Below are positions 14,242 through 27,417 of a stretch of DNA of 64,000 bases, piece by piece. Positions within the stretch are counted from its first letter, which is position 1. The number at the start of each line of letters is the position of its first letter. The position numbers were made by a program, and so were the translations under genes. This stretch comes from Kudoa neothunni (lineage: Eukaryota; Animalia; Cnidaria), in the NCBI GenBank assembly GCA_964304625.1, contig OZ199839.1:5040837-5104836 (forward strand), written 5' to 3'. The notes beneath the pieces were generated by a model that was not told the origin of the DNA, ran no database searches, and was given only the letters and a program-made list of their open reading frames with translations.

Positions 14242-14843
14242 CATCATATATCTAATATTAAGTAAATTTTTTGAGGGTGAAATAGTTAGGGTCATTTGGA
14301 TAAACCCATCTTTTTGATGAACATTTGAGATGCCAACTCATTCTTATATAACTCATTTTGAGCCTTATTTGAGAATTACTCCCAGAACTTAAAGAATTTA
14401 TTCGTGATTTTATGGAATAAATTATATTTTCAAGTGTTTTTAAACTTAGTTAAACAATTATAATCCTTAAAAGAATATAGGAAATTAAGTAATTTCCTTT
14501 TAACGGACATTGTTTTAGAACGTCTCTATTTTTTAAATATAATTCAATGTAAGAAAAAATTTAGAAGATTCTGATCAATTACAACATCATTAACTCTATT
14601 AAAAGGCTGGGATTTCTATTACAGTAAATTATAGAATTGGAATGCCATGTTATTGCTGAGCAAGGAAGAGTAGAAATTCGGCAAGCCTATGTTATTTAAC
14701 TATTTTTACACTTTTCGGGTTGGATCATGGTCGCACGTGAACACTAAATATAATTATTCCTGTGTAAAGATAGTTATGAAGAATACCTTGATATCTAACT
14801 CATTTGAATTTTTCAAACTCGGTAAAAATAGGAAATGTATATA

Positions 14844-15483
14844 CAGTCGAACCTCGATTATCCGGAAGAAATTTTAAACTTTATTTGGATTTTATTGACA
14901 TTACGTGCTGATAAATGTTCGATTATCCGGAACCTCGGTAACCGGAAGAACTATTTCATCATATTTCCGGATAAATGCAGCAACCATCGTCACACAACGT
15001 ATACAATGTAGCATATATACCAATGCAATATTTAAAACAAAGACATTTCTAGGTTATTTATTAATAAATTTTCCTTTTAGAACTTAAGTTAAGCATTCAG
15101 ATCTTATATAAATTTGTACTATATCTGAACACATGCCTATAAATACATTAAACAAAAATTAATTATAAATTATTAAAAAAAAAGCAGATTACTCCTCTGT
15201 AGACGTGTAAAAAATGCCATAATTATATACTGTTTTTCCTTTAAGTCCCCATATTCTTAGTTAATAGATATGTCATCATTTTTTATTTAAATAGTAGAAG
15301 TTAAAATCTTTTACTTAATAAATAGTAAAAAATTGTTTATTAATCAGGTAAAGAATCCTTTAAGTAGAAATTTTAAAAGAACGCGAGCGCACAAGACAAC
15401 GTTTATGTTCGATTGACCGGAACCTTGCTATCTGGAAAGAAAATCGTCGGTCCCAAATTTACCGGATAATCGAGGTTTGGCTG
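14844..15483. mobile_element. pogo/Tigger-like (Tc1/mariner) MITE
   Basis: Left TIR CAGTCGAACCTCGATTATCCGGA preceded by TA; right end ACCGGATAATCGAGGTTTGGCTG (3 mismatches in 23); internal subterminal repeats GTTCGATT..CCGGAACC. Confidence 0.8.
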
Positions 15484-15699
15484 CGTATATAAAATACAAG
15501 CTTTGGGATTGCCCGGTGATTGTGTGTTCCAAGAAACGGTGAAATTTCAAAAGAATAGAACAATTTTTAGTTGTATTTTTGTAGCGTTTTAAGTTCTCAT
15601 TTAAATCAACATTCGGGTGACCTGGAGGATTAGAGCCACCTGGGCGATAAATCTGTATATAGATGTTTATTGAAATTTTTGCCCCTGAATTGGATATTC

Positions 15700-15734
15700 C
15701 CAACACCCTGAGCGTAGCCGGGTATTACGACTAG
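15700..15734 (+). mobile_element. Helitron-like 3' terminus (hairpin plus CTAG)
   Basis: ACCCTGAGCGTAGCCGGGTATTACGACTAG followed by T; the 5' end was not located. Confidence 0.55.
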
Positions 15735-16012
15735 TTGATTAATAAATATGGTTATATGTATGAAGTTGTTGATTTATTGACGTTAAAGTCTAAAATCTAG
15801 ATGTAGAAATTATTACTCATTCATGAAAAAATAGATTGAAACTGTTTGCAGATTTGTTTTGGTTGTGTATTTTGAAATAAATGGCTTTTTATGCGTAAAA
15901 CTGTTGAAATTGGGCGATGTAAAATAAACATAGCGATTTGGACGAATCAAGCTGATTACTGAATACACGGAATTTTAAATTCAAGCCGGATTACAAATCA
16001 TCTTACTACAAA

Positions 16013-18045
16013 ATGAAGGAAGTGATCGTACCAGATAGTGGCATATCATTAGGAAAAAAGCGATCCAACCCACTAGACTATATAAATACGCGAAGAAACC
16101 TAGTAATATACACACAAACAAATCAACAAGCAGAACAACCATCTTCAGCACCAATTGGTAAGTTTTAACATTATTCTATTTAATAATCAAAGTTTTCTAT
16201 CCATAGAAAGACCAGGATCAGTTCAAGCTTCAACGGGAATTCTGATGACATCCATGAACCTTTCCAATGCGATTATTGGATCTGGTGTTATCGGTAGGTT
16301 AAAAAAAGTGGGAGAATATTTTGTCAACAATCTTCAATTGTAGTATTACCGGTCAGCTTCGCGGATGCTGGATTTGGTACAGCATTGATTTTGATGGCGA
16401 TCTCTGTTAGTTTGGGATGTATATGTTTGAACATACAACTACAAACGCTGTAAATGGAATCTTCTAATGTATAAATAGGTTTTACAGTTATGTGTTTGGC
16501 TAAATTGTGCTCTTACACCAATCAAGAAGTTTATGCAGTAGAAGAATTCAATAGATTTTATTTTTGGTTTAACATTGTTACAGGATCTTATAAAGAAAAC
16601 TTTTGGTGCAAGATGGATGTGGATTGTGTCATTATTTCAAGTCTTAAATTCATTTTTTGGTAATAATTGTTAAAATACTGATTTATCGGCTAATCGATTA
16701 TTATCCACTCGCAATAGCTGCTTTTACATATGCAATGGTCACCGCAGATAATTCGACAAGAGTATTGATGTATTTGGGTACATAAAATAGACAGAATTAG
16801 TATTCTAAATAATCTTGCTTGTAGCACCAAATTATCCATATCTACACCGAAGAGAAATCGTGCTGGTGTTTTATTCTATCTTAGTGCTAATGATGTCATA
16901 CCCAAATAATGTGGCCTATTTATCAAAAGTATGCTCTTTTAAATGTATCAGACTTATCCAATCATTTACTTAAGATGTCGTTTATTTCGGTAATATGTGT
17001 TGGTGTATACACAGCCGTGGTAGTGGTTAAGTCATACACAGCCACTCCCACTATGTAATAATGATGGATGTGAAGCGAGTCCTAATTAAACCCATGAATT
17101 ATGAATTTTAGGCATGTATCGTATGGTACTTATGATTTCGCTAGAGTTGGAGTTCTTGAGGCATTAGCTGTGTTAATTTTTGGTAACTACTACAACCCAA
17201 TAAAATTTTATACTCTTTAGCTGCCTCATGCCAACAAGCTATTGGAAAAATCTATACAAGTATGAGATGCCCCTCATTGAAAAGATTCTCCGTCAGTGTT
17301 TTTGCTAGTCACATTCTTGCAAGTGTTATCTATATAATTATTGGTGCCAGCGGGTTTGTTACATTTTCGGGTTTCATCCAAGGTAAGATTTTTTCAATGT
17401 ATTCGATCAATATATGTTATCCTTGTAGGCAATCTGCTCAACGAGTACTGTGTGGAAGATACCGCCGCTATAGTTGCGAGAGTCTGTTTTATTCTTACTC
17501 TTGCATTTTCGACTCCTCTACACGTCATTGTGATAAGAGAAGTACTACAATTGAAATATTTTGTGTGAAACTAACTCCTTTATAGGGGATTGAAAACATA
17601 TACAGCAGGTTCCAGCTTCGTCGTTTGTACACACGTTTGCTTCACTATTCCATCACATCTTTCATTGTCATACTTGTTTACAACATTGGTTCATTATTTA
17701 ATGATTTGGGGTGGTTGGTTTCACTAGCAGTATGTTACATTTAGATACTTAGATTGTGTTGGGTTCATTACCTTTTTAGGGATGTATTGCAAGTTCTCCT
17801 ATCGGTATTATTCTTTTCTATAATCGCTAATTAATTTTTTCCAAGTTTTTATTTTCCCGGCGCTTTCCTATTTTCTACTCATTAGAAGGAGCGAACATGT
17901 GTCATTGGCTGTAAAGATTTTGTGCTTGTTTACAGCGCTTATTGGATTCACCATGATGTGTATGGGAATTAAAACCGTCATTAGACCCATTGGGCCTCTC
18001 CATCCGATTCCCAAATATTTCTGCGATTCTAACTTTGAGTTATAA
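16013..18045 (+). CDS. Amino acid transporter, Aa_trans/SLC38 family (SLC38A11-like), about 13 short introns
   Basis: SMNLSNAIIGSGVI|VLPVSFADAGFG, IGASGFVTFSGFIQGNLLNEYC and FIFPGAFL motifs; many hydrophobic helices; canonical GT-AG introns; stop at 18043-18045. Confidence 0.85.
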
Positions 18046-19970
18046 TTAAAATTTTTGCTTCATGTTCTATACAGACTAGTAGATATTGACTGTAATAAAC
18101 TTTATTTTAGTTCGATAGCGGTATATTTGTCTTTGTTATTTTACTACTCGACTCTATTTTTATTCCGACTGTTAAAATGACTCAATTTTTTTCTTCCGTC
18201 GTCTCTTAAAGTGACAGATTATTAAAAATTGTTCCAAATTTTAACTATTAAAATTAATTTGGAATTGAGGCGTTACTTCAACCCCCATCAAACAGACCAA
18301 CCTGGTTAGAACAATGCCTTTTTTATATCATTAATTTATTACTGAATTTCTTGTATTGAAAATCATAAATATTGCATTTTCGTTAGGTGTGTCCTGGAAA
18401 AATCTTAATCTTTATTAAATATATATAGATTTAAAAATTTTGCATTATGTATGAAGACATCTGTATTAATTTATGTTAATTTATTTAATCGTCGAAAATA
18501 TTTAATTTTATGTTGACTATTTTATTATTTTAATCGAGTTAGGAGGATAGAAAAAATATCAAAAACGTAACTCTACATTGAAAAATCACGTAAATTAGTT
18601 CCTTAAATAACTCGGTCAAAAATATTTTTGAATTTATTTGTCGCGCGTAAAAATATCGAATTAATTTAATCCCTGCCGTATGCGAAAAAATTATGTATCC
18701 CTAAAATATGGTATCTGTCGTACCCACGAGAAATCTATCTGAATAAACTTTAAATTACCCCAAAATACCGAAATAATAAAAGTAAATTAAAAAACAATAT
18801 AAAACTAAACTCAAATTCGAATTCGAATAATTTCCCAATTTTTTTAATGTCTAAAACGGCTTTATGAGTCAGGCAAAGAAATTTAACTGCATGAATATAA
18901 TGTAATTCATTCGCCTTAATTTAATGTAAATCAACGATTTCATGAACCCTCTTAGGTAAATAAACTTTGGACGTATTGATAATCCAAAAAATGCATATTA
19001 TTGTTCATTAGAGTCCCCGATTTTATGCACTTCTGAATATTCTTGTAAAAATGGATCATACCAAAGCGACACAATACTTCCTTATTTTTCTTAATAGTCT
19101 TGGTTCTTGGCATATTTATCATGAATTTTTTTGATTGTTCCAAAATGAAAAACATCAACAATATAGTCCACGCTGATCAATATTTTTTGAAGGCTCGAAA
19201 TAAAGTTGTCGGAAATATTAATTAATGCCCCTAATAACTACTCGGCTTGTAGAAGATAGAAGATTGCATTGTGGTTCTTTACCTCGTATAATTATAATTT
19301 TTTGCTATTTTGCTAAAAATAAATATTTTAATCCTTAAGGATGTTAAATACACTTAAAATTCTAATCGATCAACAGAGCGATAATACTTCGGATTAACTT
19401 TCATGAATATCAACCTCATTCTATTAGATGCAAAACCTTATTTATATCAAATGTAATTTAATTACTACTAGTTGTTTTTATTGAAACATATACGAAATGA
19501 ATTTATGAAATAGTTGGGTATTATTTGTAAAATAATGATATCACGTGATTTAAAAGGTGTTAAATTGTTATTTTAGAAATGAAAATTGCTGTTATTCTAT
19601 GGTGATAACAAAGTGGCGTTGTTTCAATTAACTAACATAATAAATTTCACTTTATAAAACAAAGTGTATTTGAAATTAGGATATAAACAGCAACTTTAAA
19701 ATACGGGAAATACTCCGATCAGAATTCAGGACTCGACTCAAAACAAGAAGAATTAAGCTGTAATTTAATTTTTATTGCCTTAAATAAGAGTAAAATTAAC
19801 TATAGAATATTGTCGAACATTTTATGTGAAACTTTATTTATTATAATAATTATTAACAGAAAATATAAAAATAAGTGTCTAAATTTTAATCTAAAAATCA
19901 CCATTAATTAAATAAAATAAATTCCCTTATGAATTAAAAAAGAAAAATTATCAATGTGAAGACAGAGATT

Positions 19971-22900
19971 TCATGAACATATATATTCATCGGAATTTTT
20001 GAGGGCCGACAAATCGAGGGTTCCAACGTCTTTGAACAATGGTACCTTGTATTTTGCTCTAAAAGTGGACAAGTTATTAGGCAAATTAACTCCAAATAAA
20101 AACTTTGGTGAAAGATTCTCGTTTAAATCTTCGTAAATTCGTTCCAATACAGGTTCCTTGTAGATTAGAAAGATTTGTTCTTTGATGATCTAAATAGCCG
20201 GTAAGACAAAAGTCAAGATTATTTGATATCATCAACAAAATAAAACCTGTTGAAGTCGGTCTACATCACAAGGATGAGTCCAATAGGAGTCATGAACTCC
20301 TATAACTGTGATGTTTTCTTTTTTACAAGCCAAAACAACGTTGGTGAATAGCGAACCATCGATAGAATCGATCAAATTAGGCAGAAAAGAGTTAATATAT
20401 TTGTATTTAGTAGGAGACAAACCTTGTTTCTATACGAGAGATTAGCAAGTTGAAAAAATTCACTTTAGATCAATACTTTTATATCGGTACAATCAACAAT
20501 ATCGCGATGCCGAATGATCCAGTCAAACCTTGATTTTCTGAGGTGTTTCTGCACGAAAATAGGCATAACATGGAGACCACTGGGGCTGAACCAGCTGGGA
20601 AACCGTTGATCATCACAAATAACTGAAGCCAAGTCGACCAGCCATCCCTACACGGTAAATTTCTAATTCACTTTGAAAACTTTCGCTAACTACCTTGAAT
20701 GAAGTTATTCTCGATAAATTTTGATCAAAAATGGCGCGATTGATTGCAATATCCAATTCATTAAACAAACTTCTATTCACATTTATAAATTGAGGGTTAT
20801 CCTTTAGAAAACTGTTAAATTCATTAAAGCTGGAGCTGGGGTGTGTTCGTTTGGACAATGGAGACAAAATATTTCGAATAATAAAGGGTTTAAGTGCTGA
20901 AGCTGTGAGTATATTTTTTTCAATCAGCTGAGGATAGAGAGTGCTGAAAAGTTCAAAATATTGAGGCGAGGATTCGTTGAGAAGAGTTTTGACCTTGGCG
21001 GTGAGGTATTCGTAGACATCGTCCGAAGAATCTTTGAAAAACACTTTAGACATTGATGACATTCTAAGAACACAAACAACGATCAGTTCGACTACTAACA
21101 ATTTTTCTAATAAGCAGGCACATACCTGGCCAAATTTTCATCTTTCAGCAGTAGACAAAGATGAGTCACAAGAGTGGCGCTGATATCCACTTTAACCGGA
21201 TAGCCTGATTTGTACTCCTCGCCACACTCTCTGCTATCCAAAGTGTTTTTTATCTCGTTACAAATTGAAAGTATTTGCCAGCATTTATGAGGGTTGTCTT
21301 GTCTCCACCAATCACACTGTTGATAGTTGTTGGCCGAATCGATAACTTGGTTAAGTTGTTTATCGATAGCATCGACATAATCATCCAGTGACATTTTTCC
21401 TGTTCTGTCACGACCGTACTTGGTTATGTACAGGTGGATTTTTAGCGAACGTAACCCACTCTCATTAACAACTTTCTTTTGATGAAACTGAAACAACGAT
21501 CTGATAATATCGGCTCGATGATGATGTAGATAGGAAGTGGGGAAATATCTCCCTCGATAGTCACACTTGTAATTGATGTAGAATGGGGTGAGCGAACCGA
21601 AATTTTTCGCAATTTCAACCGACCGTTGATTGTATTGTAAAGAACTGGATGCAGAGTTTGCCACTTGATAGTACTGTTTAGCCATCGACAAGCAGTGTCG
21701 CAAGAAGTCAGGATCATTATATTGCTCAGGATATTCAGGAGTGAACAAACTAATAACTTGATTAGGAGTGATTGTAGAACAGCTGTTGGAGATTCCAAAC
21801 GATCTCCACCAACCGAAATCAACCTTTTCGACAGCTTGAATTATTGTTGGGTTGAATTCCATAGGAGTGCTATTCAACACATTCAAAACATCGATGTATT
21901 TGTAATGTGGATAGTGGACACTTTTTTCATGGTATCGTTGAAACAATTCAGGTTCATAGACATTACTCACAGGATAATTTTTAGTGAAAAGTAGTCCACT
22001 GTCAGTTGTAGGCGAAATGTAGGGTAGATTTGGAATAAGTTGAGGCAGTTTATCAAGAGAAATAAATACATCATTGCTACTCAGATAAATTGCCTCATTA
22101 TCCTTGTTATATTCATAAAAGTAAGGATTAGTTGCACTTTCGTATTTTCTTCTTAGATATGCCACCAAATTTGGATTAATGCGTACATAATTTGGTATAA
22201 TATTTGTGGCCCTGTGGCAGAAACGGTCGTTGTTTGAGAAGTTGGTCACTCTTTCGAATATCTTCATGCTGTTGGAATATCTGAAATTTTTTCCCATCAC
22301 TCTTTGAAAAATTACATTGGATAGCTAAAAGTGAGATAGTTTGATCATCTCAGTTGATAAAAACACTTTTAAACCAATTGTTATAGGTAAATAAGATATA
22401 GATTCATTGCTAACTCCATGTGGGTCTATCTGATTAGATATTCTATGGTAAAAATCACGGTGGGTTTGATTTGGGGGTTTTAATCGAAAACTCTGATAGT
22501 AATGTTTACCAATCTCAAACAACTATTACAGAAAAATTGATTTAACAAGCTTATAATAAACGAAGCTGAGATAAAAATTAGAATACAATAGGAGTTTTTC
22601 CATATTCGTAATTGAAATTGTTCAGGATAATTTTGGCAAAATTATTTCCCATATCCCAACATATTTGATCACAATATTGAGGCCCTTTGTGACAAATATC
22701 CCACATAATGCTATCAATAATCAACAAGCTTAACAAATGTATATCTATTGAGTGAAATAGATCAAAAAATGTGAGATTGGTTTCGTCAATTGCGATTCCT
22801 ATGAATTGGTTAACTAAACTTAATTTAATGGTCGGGAGTGTAACCTACTATTTTCGATTCTAATTTCAAAATATCGAGCCAACTCTTTCGCACAATATTG

Positions 22901-23812
22901 TCTCAATGTTTCAAATGGTTCCGGCATTGGGACTTTATGACGGAAATCCAACTGTTCAATGTTCATACTGCCCACTGAGTCAATAAATCAATAAAAAATC
23001 TACCTAAATTCACTTACAACTCTTCATTTTAGATACACTCACACTGTACATAAATCTCAAGTCTACAAAATAATTGACTTTTTCATTAATTATCATAAAA
23101 AATACCATCTTCGGTATAAAATCGATAAAAATCTATCCATTTGGTAGTGTTTGTCTGGTATTCCTGCTCGTTTATTCTAATGCAACTTGTTGTATCTAGG
23201 TGAAAATATTTTATAGATAAAATGAAATTATTTCTTTAATTACTTTCTCCATAGTTGATATTTTTAATTGCACATGAATAATTTCTAACTTGAAAATATT
23301 TTTCCAATTTGTGATTGTCGTTATAGAGCTTTAAAATGGAATTTATTTTTTAATGATCAATTTGATTTTATTGATTCACTTTCAGTGCTAAAGCTTCTTG
23401 AACAAAGTTCTCATTTGAAAAAGCTTTATTAAAAGATTCCATCTCCTCTTCGTTTAAAGGTCTTACGTTGTTGTGGTAGACGTTGAGCGCTATTTTTGAT
23501 GCATTTTTGCCGTATTGCAATGGATTTTCTAACCATTTTCTCAATAATGTGTCGTAGCTATGACCTGAGTGATCCTTAAATTCAAAATTTAAATCAATTT
23601 TAATATTAAAATTCGTACCAACTTGACCGATCTAAACAAATATTCAAGTATAAAACTGTCTTCTAGTAAATGATCTCCGGGGTAAGTTGTTTTCTTCTTG
23701 GTAGTAGCAACGTAAGAACTATCTATCAAACTGTTTAACATATTTCCTCATTAATTTACTCACATCTTTTAAATTTCGAATATAAATTCGAATCAAGAAG
23801 AATTTTTAGCAT
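19971..23812 (-). CDS. POLRMT: Mitochondrial single-subunit (T7-like) RNA polymerase, highly divergent
   Basis: FYINYKCDYRGRYFP, GLRSLKIHL, motif A YPVKVD, DVYEYL, WFSPSGLHVMP, FLPNLIDSID, motif C VIGVHDSYWTH, C-terminal GTLDLSALKNSDEYICS*. Putative first exon MLKILLDSNLYSKFKR|YSS resembles a mitochondrial presequence. N-terminal exons are only partly traced. Confidence 0.88.
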
Positions 23813-23841
23813 TTTAAAATATCAACACTCTGATCAAATAT

Positions 23842-23853
23842 ATCACGTGACAT
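23842..23853. promoter_or_regulatory. E-box (GTCACGTGAT, USF/MiT-TFE type) in the POLRMT-MMADHC divergent promoter
   Basis: ATCACGTGACAT about 30 nt upstream of the POLRMT ATG; the identical 12-mer lies upstream of BAP18. Confidence 0.5.
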
Positions 23854-24204
23854 ACATTCACACCACATTTCCGGGGTTAGTTTTAAAGTTGGCGAAATTT
23901 TTATTTAAACATATATATATCTATTTGAAGAAATTAATTAATTCTTGTTGAATTAAATTTTTTATTTATTTTAGAGAGGGATGTTTCAATTTTATTTTTT
24001 CGGCTCAAACTTATATCTATGTATTAATTGAAATATACAATTATTATAATACTATTTAATCACGAAATTCATTGGAGATTCGAATGGTTTATGGGATGGG
24101 CATTAGGGAATAGGCTTCTCAAATATACCGAATACACCCTCATTCGATACCATTTAAATAGGAGTTCATTGGTTTGAGGACGGACTTTCTATTCGCACAT
24201 AACT

Positions 24205-25166
24205 ATGAATAGACAAAGTATTATTAGATGGTAATAATTTTAATGTATACGTTTATTAGTTTTAAAACAAATAAAAAAGTCTTCGTCTGCCAATAATCAA
24301 CTTACATTGGAAAAATATTCATTTGGGGGAGCATCTTTTAAATTTTTCCCAAATATTAGCTTTATCAATCTAATTAATAATTGTAAAGCAAACAAAACAA
24401 ACACTGAAACTCCTCAATGTCTAAAAAAATCAGTCGCAACCGCCAACCAATTCTCCAATCTAAATCTAGACGCAGTAGAATATGAAGTTGGTTCAATTGT
24501 TTTGGAGTTTATTTAATATTCAATCAGCACTCGGAGAAGGTTTCCTTGATAAAAGAAAAAAATGGTAAAATTTTAGTGTTTAAAAATCTCGGAAATATTG
24601 AATGCTCAATACAAAAATGTCCACAACATATACTGCCAGAAATAGAACAAAGGTTCAACATACCGGACACGGTTGATAAACAAAAACTTGTCATTTTGTT
24701 ATTCAATAAACAAACTGACGTTGAAATGGTTAGTTACTCCCCAGAAGTGGAAGAAGAACGATTTATTCTGGCTGAATCGGTGATTTTATGTCGTAGAAAT
24801 CTTTTTTTGAAACTTACTCTCAGTTTAAACAAGATGCCCAGGTTATCTGCGAATTTTTAAAACAGAAAAATTTCTATTGTGATTTTATCGACCCTGCCAC
24901 CGCTTCGCCTGTACATCCTACATCAATTTGATCACCGATTGATTCCTCTTATATTGCTTTAGTATTATGACAAGATGCAAGATTCACCGATTCTGATTGA
25001 GACCAGTTCGGTTTTTGAATGTTTAGGCGAACTTACAGTCGATTCAGGCTGTTGTAAGGTGTTATTTCATCCTCGTTTCGGCTCCAAAGTGATGGCCTTT
25101 ATGATGATCACCAATGCCAGCCTTGACTCTCCATTCCTCATCAATATCATATCTGGTTGTTTGTGA
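24205..25166 (+). CDS. MMADHC: Cobalamin trafficking protein CblD
   Basis: IECSIQKCP, KQTDVEMVSYSPEVEEER, FYCDFIDPATA, LIETSSVFECLG...DSGCCKVLFHPRFGS...ITNASLDS match the MMADHC C-terminal domain. The start codon is approximate. Confidence 0.85.
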
Positions 25167-27153
25167 TGGTGAGATTCTTCCTGGCGTTTTTTAATTAATT
25201 TATTCTTAGATGTAATCAATTTTGATTTTTTTGCTTAAATTTTAATGAAATCTAAAACGATAAGGGCCAATAATACGATATATTATATTATTATATCGAT
25301 TTTTTAATTAATATCTCTAAAGAATTATCGTTAATTGAATTTTATCTAGGTTTGTAAATATTTTAACTTGAAATTAGATAAATTAACTTCATATTTTGAA
25401 TAAATGGATCAGTTGTTATTTCATTCCAGTTAAAAAGAAATTAATTTGTGATATGTATATCTAATAGAAAGAATAATCAGAAATTTTAATTGAGAATTCT
25501 GCTTCTTAGTTAGTTTAAATAAAAATTTGGGGACCATTTAATCATTTTTTACAGGAGTTTTTATTGCTCTTCTTAGAATTTTATAATTTGTCTGTAGTTG
25601 TGTTTATAGTCTCATATCCATGGCTAAAAATAATTAAATTTATCGGTCAGAAAAAGATAAGGCGTGTAAAACCTATAAATACGATATATAAACTTTACAT
25701 CAGCACTTTCCAACTCGGAGTGCAAACTAAAGGTTTAGGGGTACGAGATTGAATCATAAGCGGGAATAATTTTGTAGAGAATTTTTAAACTATATTACTA
25801 GGGTTTTAAGATTTCAATAGTAAGAACTTATTGAATAAAACGCTATTTTATTTAGTTTAATTAATTTTTATTTTGATATAATGCAGAAATGTCTTATAAA
25901 ACGTGTTTAATTAATAAATTTAATGAAGAAAAATTTTAAAATATTAAAATTACAATGGGACGATAAAACGAAATTATCTTTACTTAATTCTTAAAGCCAG
26001 CTCTATATTACACGCAAGATTAATTAACTTCGAAATTTTGAACAAATTGAACCTTGTGGTGTATAGAAGGGTGTAGATTTCGTTGTTTCATCTAAAGGGG
26101 GACGAGTCTGATTTGAGTTGAGAGGGGCTGCATATAACTCTGCAGCGCGCATGCATGACAACTTAAGATTAAATTTAGTCCTCTTTATTGTTAAAGAAGA
26201 AAAAGCAAAACTGAGTACAATTTTATCATGTCTTATATTTATTTTAATTCCAAAAACACGACTTGGTTTTTAGATTTGTGCGCATGCTTAGAATATTTTG
26301 ATAAAACAATCGTGTTATACTTGATTCTTTTCAAAACGTACATGGATTTTGTTCCAAGCTACGATACTGCATTATTTTTGTCAACAATTAGGTCTTTTGA
26401 ATAAATTAAGGAACTATAATAATTTAACAGCTCAACTTCCTTTAATCTTTATTGGGGAAAACTGGATTTAAATATAACTTAATCGACATATAATGATTTA
26501 GCCAATTGTCAAAATTATTTAATTTGTGTAAAAAATACAAAATTAGAACATCTCATGAGATTAAAGATTGTAAAAATTAATACATTTGTCAAGAAAAAAA
26601 TTAGGTTCTCACAGATCAATCTTCCTCGAACTTTTTAGTCAAAAAAGGTTGGATGGGCGATTTATATTAAAAAAATCATAATAATACAATATTATTTAAT
26701 GGAATAATAGTATATTTTGATACTCAGATTTTTATTTATTAAAAAACATTATTAAAATTATAATTTTATGGTTTGATAGAAAGAATTATTAAATAAGATC
26801 AAAAACTATGGATCCAAATGAACCCCAGTTATACTCCGAGGAGCCTGATTATTTGTTACTCAGAAGGCTAATTAGTTGAAACCTTTAATCTACCGTGCGG
26901 AAATGTGCGAAGATTAGCGATTATCATTATATGCAAATTTTAGCCTAATGAGTTGCTAAAATAAAGAATTTATGATTAGAAACCTTTTTACAAAAGTATA
27001 TTTTGTGTTTTTCGTGATTAACAAAAAATTCTCAAATATCCAAGTCGACTGATTTAACATTATTCTTAAAAAATCCATCGTCAGCGTAACAATTATTGAA
27101 CACTCATAAGTTAAAAAATGATAATATTTCTTAGAACGGATGTGAAAAGTGTT

Positions 27154-27182
27154 TGCGCGAACAAACATTGATCACGTGACAT
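27154..27182. promoter_or_regulatory. TGCGCGAA motif plus E-box immediately upstream of BAP18
   Basis: TGCGCGAA at 27154-27161 and ATCACGTGACAT at 27171-27182; ATG at 27187. Confidence 0.5.
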
Positions 27183-27186
27183 TTAA

Positions 27187-27417
27187 ATGGGCAACGAAAA
27201 GATCGCAGAAATTTTCTCACTGGCCGGTTCTAGTTTTACCCAGTTAGGATCGGCTATTGCCACCTCAGCTGAACTACAAGAGAAGCATGCTAGGCTCACA
27301 TGGGATGAAGAAGACCTAAAGACACTTAAAGAGGCTTTGAGTGAGTTTGGTGACCGTATCGATACCGTAATGGATAGAATGCGTGATAAAATGGACGTCA
27401 AACACGTTGTTAAATAA
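27187..27417 (+). CDS. BAP18: BAP18 (C17orf49) chromatin complex subunit with SANT-like domain, short form
   Basis: KIAEIFSLAGSSFTQLG...LTWDEEDLKTLKEALSEFGDRI resembles BAP18 KVGEIFSAAGAAFTKLG...KWTETEIEMLRAAVKRFGDDL; single exon, 76 aa. Confidence 0.75.
   Translation: MGNEKIAEIFSLAGSSFTQLGSAIATSAELQEKHARLTWDEEDLKTLKEALSEFGDRIDTVMDRMRDKMDVKHVVK

Noticed and set aside
19971-23812. Phage or linear-plasmid T7-like polymerase acquired horizontally
   Set aside because: It has multiple spliceosomal introns, a presequence-like N-terminus and housekeeping neighbours, consistent with nuclear POLRMT.
26050-26170. Locally GC-rich intergenic patch, possible ncRNA
   Set aside because: No tRNA, snRNA or snoRNA hallmarks were recognisable; probably transposon debris.
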